Shown in pieces: positions 41,761-50,246 of a stretch of 64,000 bases of DNA; the first letter of the stretch is position 1; every line of letters begins with the position of its first letter. The notes under the pieces are model-generated. The model had not been told where the DNA came from and did no database searches. It saw only the letters and a list, made by a program, of their open reading frames with translations. The DNA is taken from assembly GCA_007122335.1 (NCBI GenBank), contig SKTZ01000014.1, positions 6,170 through 70,169 of the forward strand. Reading direction: 5' to 3'. Origin of the DNA: Bacillota bacterium. GTDB lineage: Bacteria; Bacillota; Halanaerobiia; B1SED10-174. Both the position numbers and the translations under genes were made by a program.

Positions 41761-42372
41761 ATGGCCTGGATTGTTTTACTGGGTGCTTTCCTTCTGGGAA
41801 GCATACCGGGGGCAGTGCTGGTTGGCCGCAGTCGGGGGGTTCAGGTAACCAGGGAAGGAAGTACCAACCCCGGAACGGCAAATATCCTCAGGCTCCTGGG
41901 CCGGGGACCGGCCTTGATCTGTCTTTTGATAGATTTAGGAAAGGGAATTATTGCAGTTGTTTTAGGTGGCCTGTTAGGTTTTAGCCTCCTTGCTGCTGCA
42001 GGAGTGATTGCAGGTCATAACTGGTCAGTGTTTTTGAAAGGTAAAGGAGGCAAGGGAATTGCCACCATGGCGGGAACGTTATTGGTTCTCAGCCCTTTAA
42101 TTATACCTGTTTTGATAATTACTTTTCTTGCAATCAATTTTTTGACATCATATATTGCTTTAAGCAGTGTTATTACTGGTTTTTTTCTCCCGCTTCTCCT
42201 GGGATGGCAGCTGGGAATTAGTGGTGCTTGCCTGGGATTTGCCATCGCAATCATGTTGCTTCTCAAGCACTGGAAGAATTTAAATTTAACTTTTAAAGGT
42301 AAAGAAGAAAAGAAAAACTTAATAAAAGCGATAATTCCTAAAGGAGGTGAGTTTGATGAACGGAAGAATTAA
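41761..42372 (+). CDS. plsY: glycerol-3-phosphate acyltransferase PlsY
   Basis: 203-aa membrane protein with a GSTNPGTANILR motif (PlsY GSGNxGATN-like). Confidence 0.85.
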   Translation: MAWIVLLGAFLLGSIPGAVLVGRSRGVQVTREGSTNPGTANILRLLGRGPALICLLIDLGKGIIAVVLGGLLGFSLLAAAGVIAGHNWSVFLKGKGGKGIATMAGTLLVLSPLIIPVLIITFLAINFLTSYIALSSVITGFFLPLLLGWQLGISGACLGFAIAIMLLLKHWKNLNLTFKGKEEKKNLIKAIIPKGGEFDERKN

Positions 42373-42655
42373 AGATGATATGACCGACCAACTTTTTAAG
42401 GCGGTACTGACCTTACGGAACATTGAAGAAGCGTATTCTTTCTTTGAGGATGCCTGTACGATTAACGAAATTAAGGCAATGGCTCAGAGGCTAGAGGTTG
42501 CCCGGATGTTAAGGGCTGGAGCCACATATGAAGAAGTGGCTGATGCAACGGGAGCAAGCACTGCGACAATCAGCCGGGTGAAACGCTACTTAAATTACGG
42601 TTCAGACGGCTATCGTCTGGTCCTGGACCGTTTAAAGGAAGATGATAGGAAGTAA
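42347..42655 (+). CDS. YerC/YecD-family TrpR-like DNA-binding protein
   Basis: About 95-aa ORF with a helix-turn-helix (TYEEVADATGASTATISRVKR) typical of YerC/YecD. The start is probably ATG 42359 or 42380. Confidence 0.75.
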   Translation: MSLMNGRIKDDMTDQLFKAVLTLRNIEEAYSFFEDACTINEIKAMAQRLEVARMLRAGATYEEVADATGASTATISRVKRYLNYGSDGYRLVLDRLKEDDRK

Positions 42656-42679
42656 GGAAAGGCTAATAATAAAATAAAA

Positions 42680-42710
42680 AAGGAAAGGGGGAACCCCCTT
42701 TCCTTTTTTG
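42680..42710 (+). terminator. rho-independent terminator after yerC-like gene
   Basis: AAGGAAAGGGGG-AA-CCCCCTTTCCTT followed by TTTTGG. Confidence 0.85.
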
Positions 42711-42738
42711 GGTAACATTTGGTGGGAGGAGATCGTTT

Positions 42739-43173
42739 TTGAAAATTGCAATAATTGATGGGCTGGGAGGGGGCCTGGGAAGCCAGATCGCCCGGAAGAT
42801 TTCTGCCCGGCTTCCGGATGGGGTCGCTTTATTTTTGCTGGGCACCAATGGAATTGCTACCCAGAAAATGTTAGAAGGGACCTCTGGTCTTGGAGTTAGT
42901 GGGGAAAAGGCAATAATTTATAATCTGGGAGATATAGATTTAATTACAGGCCCCATGGGGATAATTATTCCCCATGCCATGCGGGGAGAAATTACTCCCG
43001 AACTGGCCACCGCAATTGCCAGGTCACCGGCCAGAAAAATTTTGATTCCCCTGGAACAGCCTCATGTTCACCTTGTTGGCAGGCAGACCTCCAATCTTGC
43101 AAGCCTAATTGAAGAAACAGTGGAATTGATTCTGAAATTCTGTGGGGAGGGGGGCCATGATGAGCGGTTATGA
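42739..43173 (+). CDS. DUF3842-like small protein
   Basis: 144-aa ORF with a TTG start after a GGGAGGA ribosome-binding site (MKIAIIDGLGGGLG... is a Gly-rich N-terminus). Family assignment is from memory and is tentative. Confidence 0.45.
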   Translation: MKIAIIDGLGGGLGSQIARKISARLPDGVALFLLGTNGIATQKMLEGTSGLGVSGEKAIIYNLGDIDLITGPMGIIIPHAMRGEITPELATAIARSPARKILIPLEQPHVHLVGRQTSNLASLIEETVELILKFCGEGGHDERL

Positions 43174-44539
43174 TGTAATAATTGTTGGGGCCGGACCTGC
43201 GGGAATTTTTTGTGCCCTGCAGTTAATGGATACTGATAACAGCATCCTTATTATCGAAAAAGGTAAATCTTTAGAGAAAAGATACTGTCCCGCCAAGGAA
43301 AAAGGAGGACGCTGCCTGCAGTGTGAAAATTGTTCTATTGTTTGCGGCTGGGGTGGGGCAGGAGCATACAGTGACGGTAAGCTCACACTTTCAGGGGATG
43401 TAGGGGGTAATCTGGCCCAGTACCTGGGAAGTAACAGGCTGGATAGGTTAATCGGGGAAGTTGATTCTATCTACCAGGAATTCGGTGCGCCGAAGCGTAT
43501 CTTTGGGGCTGCCCCGGAAAAAGTTGAACAGCTCCAGAAAAAAGCCCTGATGGCAGAAATGAAATTTGTAGCAGCTCCTCTCCGCCACCTGGGGACTGGT
43601 TATAGTCGAGAGATTCTCCAGAAGATGTATGATCGTCTCCGGGAAAATGGCGTTGACATAATGACAAACACCAGGGTTAATAGTTTTCAGGTTGAAAAAG
43701 GCAAAGTTATAGGAGTTGTTACCGGAAAAGGCGAAAAAATCCAGGCCAGGTATGTCATGGTTGCTCCCGGAAGGGAAAACTCCGAATGGTTTGAGTCCGA
43801 AGCAAACCGGCTTAAGATGGAACTTTCCGTTAATCCAGTTGATATTGGTATCCGGGTTGAAGTTCCCTCGGTAGTTACAGATGATATTACCAGGGACATA
43901 TATGAACCCAAACTGCTTTATTTCTCCAAAACTTTTGATGACCGGGTTAGGACTTTTTGTATGTGTCCCAATGGGGAAGTTGTCCAGGAAAATAACCAGG
44001 GCTTAATAACTGTGAATGGGCACAGCCACTCGGATTATAAGACCAAGAATACCAATTTTGCCCTGCTTGTAAGCAAAAGTTTTACTGAGCCGTTTAAAGA
44101 ACCGATTAAATATGGACGCTATATTGCCCGCCTTGCTAACCTGTTAGGCGGCGGGGTGCTTGTCCAGAGACTGGGAGACCTCCTTGCAGGACGGCGATCC
44201 ACCGAGCAGAGGATTATCCGAGGGCAAGTAGAACCCACGCTTACCGATGCGACTCCTGGTGATTTGAGTTTGGTCCTGCCATACAGGCATTTAAAATCCC
44301 TTATTGAAATGCTGGAGGCTCTTGATAAAATGGCTCCGGGAATTTATTCCAGAAACACCCTTTTATATGGTGTGGAAGTAAAATTTTATTCTTCCTGTAT
44401 TGAAGTCTCGCCGGAACTTGAGACCAGGATTACCAATTTGTTTGCGGGCGGAGATGGAGCAGGAATAACCCGCGGATTAATGCAGGCCTCCGTTTCCGGA
44501 TGGGTAATAGGCCAGGAAATTAAAAAGAGATTGCAATAA
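43157..44539 (+). CDS. FAD-dependent dehydrogenase (COG2509-like)
   Basis: YDVIIVGAGPAG Rossmann dinucleotide motif and a Cys-rich CLQCENCSIVCGWGG segment. It overlaps the upstream DUF3842 gene. Confidence 0.65.
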   Translation: MMSGYDVIIVGAGPAGIFCALQLMDTDNSILIIEKGKSLEKRYCPAKEKGGRCLQCENCSIVCGWGGAGAYSDGKLTLSGDVGGNLAQYLGSNRLDRLIGEVDSIYQEFGAPKRIFGAAPEKVEQLQKKALMAEMKFVAAPLRHLGTGYSREILQKMYDRLRENGVDIMTNTRVNSFQVEKGKVIGVVTGKGEKIQARYVMVAPGRENSEWFESEANRLKMELSVNPVDIGIRVEVPSVVTDDITRDIYEPKLLYFSKTFDDRVRTFCMCPNGEVVQENNQGLITVNGHSHSDYKTKNTNFALLVSKSFTEPFKEPIKYGRYIARLANLLGGGVLVQRLGDLLAGRRSTEQRIIRGQVEPTLTDATPGDLSLVLPYRHLKSLIEMLEALDKMAPGIYSRNTLLYGVEVKFYSSCIEVSPELETRITNLFAGGDGAGITRGLMQASVSGWVIGQEIKKRLQ

Positions 44540-44557
44540 AGAAGGGAAGTTTTCATT

Positions 44558-45778
44558 GTGGTAAAGCAATATATTAATTCCCTGGGTCAGGCCAGTCCAA
44601 ATATTAAGAGGATGTTCCTGGCCCTCTGCCTTTCTGCTATGGCCCGGGGTGTCCACATGGTTATATTTAATCTTTACCTGCGGGACCTTGGTTTTACCGA
44701 GGCTTTTGTGGGTCAAACAGTTTCTCTAAAAGCCCTGGCTGCAGTCCTGGTCCTTATTCCCGCGGGAATAGTAAGTGATAATAAAGGCCGAAGGCTGGTC
44801 ATGTCCGGGGGAGTCCTTCTGGTTGGGATGGGTTTAATTGGAGTGGCCATGGTAGAAACCAATTTCCCAATCCTGATTTTCTCTTTTACTTTTGGTTTGG
44901 GACAGGCAATTTTTATGGTAACCAACCCTCCCTTTATTTCAGAAAACGCCGGGCCCCGGGAAAGAATGCACCTTTTTAGCCTGAGCTGGTCATTGATGAT
45001 GTTTTCCTCAATGCTGGGTAATGTGGGTGGAGGCTGGCTTGCAGATTCTTTAGAAGTCATTATTGGAATGACTCCAGTCTGGAGCAAACAGGTTACCCTA
45101 ATAATTGCTGGAGTCTTATCCATTGTAGCCCTTTTTCCCCTGGCAAAAATCAGGGAGAAAAAGCACGGAGGAAAGCAGAGCTGGACGAGCTTTGGCCGTC
45201 GCTTAAAAGAAACACCCGAGAAAAAGACGATCTTTAAATTTGTGCTTGCCTCTCTGCTTTTGGGCCTGGGAGCAGGCCTGATTGTCCCTTACTTTAACCT
45301 TTACTTTGCCCATGTTTTTGGGCTTACCACAGGAAGAATTGGAACTATAATGGCTGGTGGGCAGGCAGTTATGGCTACGGCCATGCTAATCGGACCTCCT
45401 CTGGCGCAAAAGGTGGGGAGGGTCCCGGCGATCTGCACCCTGCAGGGATTATCCATAGTTTTTCTTCTGATACTGGGCAATACCCATTTACTAATCCTGG
45501 CCTTAATTGCCTTTCTTTTCCGCGGGGGATTGATGAATTCGGCCAATCCCATAACGATGAACCTGATGATGGATAATGTTTCGGATAAAATGAAAGGAAC
45601 TGCGACCAGTCTCCACCAGCTTGTATTTCAGCTTGGCTGGACGATCTGTGGTCCCATAAGCGGTATGCTGATCGCCGGTTTCAGTTATCAGTTTGTTTTC
45701 CAGATAGCTGCAGTTTTTTACACTTTCTCAACGATATTCTTTTACTTCATGTTCCGTAGCCTGGAAAAACAGGGATAG
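44558..45778 (+). CDS. MFS transporter
   Basis: 406-aa ORF with 12 predicted TM helices and an MFS motif-A-like GRRL... loop. GTG start. Confidence 0.75.
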   Translation: MVKQYINSLGQASPNIKRMFLALCLSAMARGVHMVIFNLYLRDLGFTEAFVGQTVSLKALAAVLVLIPAGIVSDNKGRRLVMSGGVLLVGMGLIGVAMVETNFPILIFSFTFGLGQAIFMVTNPPFISENAGPRERMHLFSLSWSLMMFSSMLGNVGGGWLADSLEVIIGMTPVWSKQVTLIIAGVLSIVALFPLAKIREKKHGGKQSWTSFGRRLKETPEKKTIFKFVLASLLLGLGAGLIVPYFNLYFAHVFGLTTGRIGTIMAGGQAVMATAMLIGPPLAQKVGRVPAICTLQGLSIVFLLILGNTHLLILALIAFLFRGGLMNSANPITMNLMMDNVSDKMKGTATSLHQLVFQLGWTICGPISGMLIAGFSYQFVFQIAAVFYTFSTIFFYFMFRSLEKQG

Positions 45779-45865
45779 GAGAAAGAGATATTGTAGGAAA
45801 ATATTACTTTACAAACCCCCCAGAAAGGGCTAAACTAAGAGGAGAAAAAGGAGGGGGAGACCGGT

Positions 45866-46774
45866 TTGAAAAGAAAAATTTTGTTTGTTCTTATACTTTT
45901 ATTCTTGTTTTCTGGTTTGGCCCAGGCCAATGGAGGAGTAACTTTTGGAGGAAGCAGGCTAGTTGCTCCCGGTGAAACTATCCGGGGGGATATAGTAATT
46001 TTTGGAGGAAGGGTTGAAATCCTGGGGACTCTTGAAGGAGACCTGGTCTGTATCGGGGGAAATGGTACTGTCGAAGGAAGAATAACCGGTGATCTGATAA
46101 GTGTTGGCAGCAGCCTTAACCTGGAAAGAGGTGCCAGCATTGGGGGAGACCTGGTTCAGGTTGGAGGGTCAATCTGGAGAGATCAGGAAGTTCAGATTGG
46201 GGGAATTTTTCGAACTGTAAGTTATATGGAGCCATTTCGGATAGGATTTCCGGGTTGGGTTTTTCGACCGGTAATATCCCTCTGGGGTTCTGTTTTAGGC
46301 TTTTTTTACCAGTTACTGTTTACCCTGCTTGTTGCCTTTTTATTTGCGAACAATGTAAAGGGAGTGGCTTCAACAATTAAAGGGGAGTGGGGATTATCTC
46401 TCCTGGTGGGCTTCCTTGGGTTTATTCTCCTGTTTCCAGTAGTAATTTTCCTTTTAATAACCATCCTTGGTATTCCCCTGGCTCTGGTGGTTTTACTCGG
46501 TTATTACCTCGCGGTTATTCTGGGCCAGGTAGGCATATTTTACATCCTGGGCGATTGGTTAATGGATAGATTTGGGCGGAAGCAGGATAAGGTGATTGGT
46601 ACTGCTGTAGTAGGACTGCTGGCAATATTTATTATCCGCCTGCTGATCAGAATAATCCCTTTTATTGGCGGACCTATCCACATGGTAATAATGGCTCTGA
46701 TTTACATGCTTGCTCTCGGAGTTACCCTTAAGAGCCGTTTTGGAACCAATAAACCCTGGATTGCCCGGGGTTAA
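45866..46774 (+). CDS. membrane protein with signal peptide, beta-helical (bactofilin/DUF4097-like) repeat domain and C-terminal 4-TM domain
   Basis: 302-aa ORF. After the signal peptide MKRKILFVLILLFLFSGLAQA there are repeating G-D-[LIV]-x-[IV]-x-G-G units (GDIVIFGGRVEILGTLEGDLVCIGGNGTVEGRITGDLISVGSSL...). The C-terminal half is hydrophobic. Confidence 0.55.
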   Translation: MKRKILFVLILLFLFSGLAQANGGVTFGGSRLVAPGETIRGDIVIFGGRVEILGTLEGDLVCIGGNGTVEGRITGDLISVGSSLNLERGASIGGDLVQVGGSIWRDQEVQIGGIFRTVSYMEPFRIGFPGWVFRPVISLWGSVLGFFYQLLFTLLVAFLFANNVKGVASTIKGEWGLSLLVGFLGFILLFPVVIFLLITILGIPLALVVLLGYYLAVILGQVGIFYILGDWLMDRFGRKQDKVIGTAVVGLLAIFIIRLLIRIIPFIGGPIHMVIMALIYMLALGVTLKSRFGTNKPWIARG

Positions 46775-46809
46775 AAACAAAAAATCCCCGGCCCACCATT
46801 GGGCCGGGG
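46772..46809 (-). terminator. terminator for minus-strand tRNA-Pro
   Basis: Hairpin CCCCGGCCCACCATTGGGCCGGGG (46786-46809) followed on the minus strand by ATTTTTTGTTTTT. Confidence 0.7.
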
Positions 46810-46820
46810 ATAACTATCAG

Positions 46821-46897
46821 TGGTCGGAGCGCCGGGATTTGAACCCGGGACCTCTGCCTCCCGAAGACAGCGCGCTTCCAAGCTGCGCTACGCTCCG
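46821..46897 (-). tRNA. trnP: tRNA-Pro (anticodon CGG)
   Basis: The reverse complement folds as a canonical cloverleaf. The parts are: acceptor CGGAGCG/CGCTCCG, D-arm GCGC-AGCTTGGAA-GCGC, anticodon arm CTGTC-TTCGGGA-GGCAG with anticodon CGG, T-arm CCGGG-TTCAAAT-CCCGG, discriminator A, and an encoded CCA. Confidence 0.9.
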
Positions 46898-46960
46898 CAT
46901 TCTCATATTAGAGTATACCATTTGCGAAAGTATTTGTAAAGGGAAGGAGTTTGCAGGGTT

Positions 46961-49678
46961 ATGCTAAAAACATTTCTTTTTTCCCTGGTTTTGCTGGTTG
47001 TTTTTGTTCAGCCTGCCCAAGGTGCCATGTTTTTTAACTGGCAGCAAATAGACACCGAGAATTTCAGGGTTTATTTTCCTGCTGGCCTGGAAGAACAGGC
47101 CAATCAGGCTGCAGAAATTGCGGAAGAAGTTCATGTTGAACTTACGGAGTTTTTAAGCTACGAACCTAAGAAAAAGACCGATCTAATTTTATATGCCCAA
47201 AGGGATACTGCTGGAGGGTGGGCAGATATTTCCTGGGATCGCCGGATCGGGATTTATCTTGGGCATTTTAACCTTGAGGGTGGCTTCGGTGAATATGAAA
47301 GCATGCTCCGGTTAATTATTGCCCATGAATATGCCCATATTCTCCAGCTTTCCCTGCCCCCGGAAAATCTTTTGCCCTGGGGTTGGCTTTCCCAGATATT
47401 CCCTCCGATTTTATTGCAGCCTTACTGGTTTATTGAAGGTTTTGCTATGACCGTGGAAACAGACCTTACCGAAGGGGGTAGGGCTGATAGCCCGATTATT
47501 GGAGCAATGCTTAGAGCCCAGGCTGATGCTGATGAAATGTACCATTTTGACCAGATCCAGGGGTTGTACAACCTGGAGTCCTGGCCCGGGGCAATGGCCG
47601 CCTACAATTATGGAGCCTGGTTTATGGCCTACCTAATTGACGTATATGGCGAAAACCTAATAGTTGATCTGGCACGAAAATATCCGGAAAATCCTTTAAG
47701 GGGTATTTCCGGCTGGTTTAATTATCTGACCGGCGATAACCTGCAGGAGGTTTATCTTGAATGGCAGGATAAATTAGATTCAATTGGCAGAGTTGAGCAA
47801 CCCGAAACCATTACTTCTGCCTGGGGTTACAATCAAAACATTGCTACCTGCCCGCAAACAGACCGGGTATTGTATTTTCATCAGGGGGAGCTTTTTCCTT
47901 CCCTGAGGCTTTCTGATGGAGAAAAGGATGAACAGGTCCTTGCTGTTGCCGGGATTAATGGGGGTAGGCCCACATGGTCGCCTGATGGAGAAAAAATAGC
48001 CTTTGCCCGGCTGCGGCCGGAAGGCTTAAAGGAAATGTACCACCAGATTTTTATATTCGATTTAGACACCGGGGAACAAAAACAAGTAACCTCCGGTCGG
48101 GGCGGGAGGCATCCTGCCTGGTCTTCCCAGGGGGAATTGGCCTATGTAGAAAATTTAATGGGCGGGAACCAAATAGTACTCTACGATGTGGAAACCGGGC
48201 AGAAGGAAACCCTGTTTTTTAGCCGGCCCGAAATTGATTACGGATCGCTGGCCTGGGATCCCGCAGGTGAAAAACTTGCTATTGAGGTCTGGATAGAAGG
48301 GGGCGCAAGGGGGATTTGGATTTACGATACAAAAAGCGGCTACCTGGAAACTCTTTTTGCCCGGGAGGGAAATTTCCATCGGCCAGTCTGGTCGGCAAGT
48401 GGGTCCTTCCTTTATACAGTAGGCAGTATTGGAGGGCCTCCCCAAATATTTGCCTATAATTTGGAATCGGACAGGTTCTGGCAGGTCACATCCAATCCCT
48501 ATGGAACTTTTGATATTGGCCCGGGAATAGAAAAAGACTTCTTTGTAGTTTTAACTTCCCGGGGTTATCAGATTAAAGAGGAAAAAATTGGGTTAGAGGA
48601 ATGGCTTCCCAGACAACTAACCCGGTTTGTTCCCCGGGAAGATGAAGAGCTCAGGGAAATGAGGGAGGTGCGGAGGTCAAGTCGCAACTATCCCCTTTTC
48701 AGCAGATTAACACCCCGCCTGGTTATTCCCTGGTCAGGAGAAGGAGTTGTGGGGGTGAATATGTTTGGCTGGGATCCCCTGCAACTGGTTTACTATGAAG
48801 CCAGCATTGTTTCTGGTCTTCCCATTGCTCCCGCTTACAACATCTATACTGGTATTTATCCCGACCAGGGGAGGTTCGGTTTAATTGAAACCCTGCTGCA
48901 GGGTGGGTGGACTTCCCGGGTGGGTCCCGTTGAATACGAGAACCCCCGCCGGTTTGACGGGGGACAATTTCTCCTGCATATCCCGGTGCAGCGGGAATAT
49001 TTATCAGCCGGAACCCTGAGGCTGGGAGGGGGAGCATATTTCCTTCCTGACATGGTGTATCCAGGTGTTCACCTGGGTTGGACCCAGCAGTTTATCCGGG
49101 GCCAGGACAGGCTTAACGTAAATTTTGCCTACGCCCTTGATGGATCTACCTGGTATGTTGAAGGCTGGGATACTCAGTTGATCGGGCAGGGGCTAATGCG
49201 GATCAGCCCCTGGCGGGGAAGTAGCATTGGGTTATCCACTCTGGCCGGGGTAGCCCCCGGAGACTACCAGGTCAGCACCTCCATGAGGAGTTTTTCCGCT
49301 CCCCTGCAGGGGGAATTGATCTGGCTCAATCGGGTGGAATTTACCCAGCGGATCCTTGATATTAAAAGGGGAAGAGGGGAAATACCGATTTTTCTGGATA
49401 GTCTACAGGCCCGCCCCTATTTTGAAGCAGGTTCAGCCTGGGCAGGCGATATCCAGTTGAACAGGTACGGGGGAGGCCTGGAAGGAATTCTTGATGTAGA
49501 ACTGCTCCAGGGCCGGATCCCTCTTGAATTGGTTGGAGGCGTATCCTACAACACTGAGGAAAACCTGAGGGCCTACTTCCGCTTTAACCTGGGAGGTTTT
49601 GTCAGGACGATTGGTGAAAAGTACTTTTCTAGCCCCGTCGAGCAAGATAATTTAAAACCAGATAGAGACCAACAATAA
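46961..49678 (+). CDS. secreted multidomain protein: zincin-like metallopeptidase (HEYAH) + TolB-like beta-propeller + C-terminal Gly/aromatic-rich beta domain
   Basis: 905-aa ORF with signal peptide MLKTFLFSLVLLVVFVQPAQGA and an HExxH motif (IIAHEYAHILQ) plus a downstream E. Four or more PD40/TolB-type blades are present (PTWSPDGEKIAF, PAWSSQGELAYV, LAWDPAGEKLAI, PVWSASGSFLYTV). The C-terminal roughly 350 aa is beta-strand-like and Gly/Tyr/Trp-rich. Confidence 0.6.
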   Translation: MLKTFLFSLVLLVVFVQPAQGAMFFNWQQIDTENFRVYFPAGLEEQANQAAEIAEEVHVELTEFLSYEPKKKTDLILYAQRDTAGGWADISWDRRIGIYLGHFNLEGGFGEYESMLRLIIAHEYAHILQLSLPPENLLPWGWLSQIFPPILLQPYWFIEGFAMTVETDLTEGGRADSPIIGAMLRAQADADEMYHFDQIQGLYNLESWPGAMAAYNYGAWFMAYLIDVYGENLIVDLARKYPENPLRGISGWFNYLTGDNLQEVYLEWQDKLDSIGRVEQPETITSAWGYNQNIATCPQTDRVLYFHQGELFPSLRLSDGEKDEQVLAVAGINGGRPTWSPDGEKIAFARLRPEGLKEMYHQIFIFDLDTGEQKQVTSGRGGRHPAWSSQGELAYVENLMGGNQIVLYDVETGQKETLFFSRPEIDYGSLAWDPAGEKLAIEVWIEGGARGIWIYDTKSGYLETLFAREGNFHRPVWSASGSFLYTVGSIGGPPQIFAYNLESDRFWQVTSNPYGTFDIGPGIEKDFFVVLTSRGYQIKEEKIGLEEWLPRQLTRFVPREDEELREMREVRRSSRNYPLFSRLTPRLVIPWSGEGVVGVNMFGWDPLQLVYYEASIVSGLPIAPAYNIYTGIYPDQGRFGLIETLLQGGWTSRVGPVEYENPRRFDGGQFLLHIPVQREYLSAGTLRLGGGAYFLPDMVYPGVHLGWTQQFIRGQDRLNVNFAYALDGSTWYVEGWDTQLIGQGLMRISPWRGSSIGLSTLAGVAPGDYQVSTSMRSFSAPLQGELIWLNRVEFTQRILDIKRGRGEIPIFLDSLQARPYFEAGSAWAGDIQLNRYGGGLEGILDVELLQGRIPLELVGGVSYNTEENLRAYFRFNLGGFVRTIGEKYFSSPVEQDNLKPDRDQQ

Positions 49679-50219
49679 TCAGGGCAAAAGGCCACAGTAG
49701 ATCAAAACGCTGTAAAATAGCAACCGGAAGAATTTCTGTATCAAGTAGATAAATTAAAACTCCCGTTCCGAATAGTATGGCCGCGGGATAAAAAGGCCAG
49801 TTCCGCCTTTTCTTTTCCTGAAAGGTGCGGGTATGAAAAATAAAAACCAGAACAAAGGCCAGACTCAAAAGGTGAAAAAAAAGAGTCTGGTCTAAAAATG
49901 GGGGTAGCTTTACCTGGCGGGGAAGATAAGTTGTTCCAGCCAGGGAAAGAATGATTAGCCCGGTTACCAGGTAACCCTGGGTTCTGGCTGAAAGCAGATA
50001 AAAAAGGAAAAATAAAAAGGAAGATAAAAAAAGGAAGGTTTCGGTACTGTATAGAAAGGGGAATTGTTCCCAGAGGCCCAGGGTTCTGCTGAGCAAAAAA
50101 AGACCGGAAAACAAAAGGAAAATTCCAATGTAAGGGAGTCTTAATCCTTTGGCCAAAACAACCATTCCTTTCAAAAACATGTTACTAATAAGTTTACTTC
50201 CCTCACCTTGTAAAGTCAA
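49629..50219 (-). CDS. hypothetical polytopic membrane protein (about 6 TM)
   Basis: 196-aa ORF with six strongly hydrophobic segments. It overlaps the 3' end of the convergent 905-aa gene by 50 nt. The start is probably an internal Met (MFLKG.. or MVVLAKG..) because pcrA starts 27 nt beyond the annotated start. Confidence 0.45.
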   Translation of the reverse strand: MTLQGEGSKLISNMFLKGMVVLAKGLRLPYIGIFLLFSGLFLLSRTLGLWEQFPFLYSTETFLFLSSFLFFLFYLLSARTQGYLVTGLIILSLAGTTYLPRQVKLPPFLDQTLFFHLLSLAFVLVFIFHTRTFQEKKRRNWPFYPAAILFGTGVLIYLLDTEILPVAILQRFDLLWPFALIIVGLYLVLNYLARRG

Positions 50220-50246
50220 GGCATGGGCAAAGGAGTGTAGGGAAAA

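Noticed and set aside
46710-46967. 85-aa ORF on + strand
   Set aside because: It completely overlaps the minus-strand tRNA-Pro and its terminator. No ribosome-binding site is present, so it is spurious.
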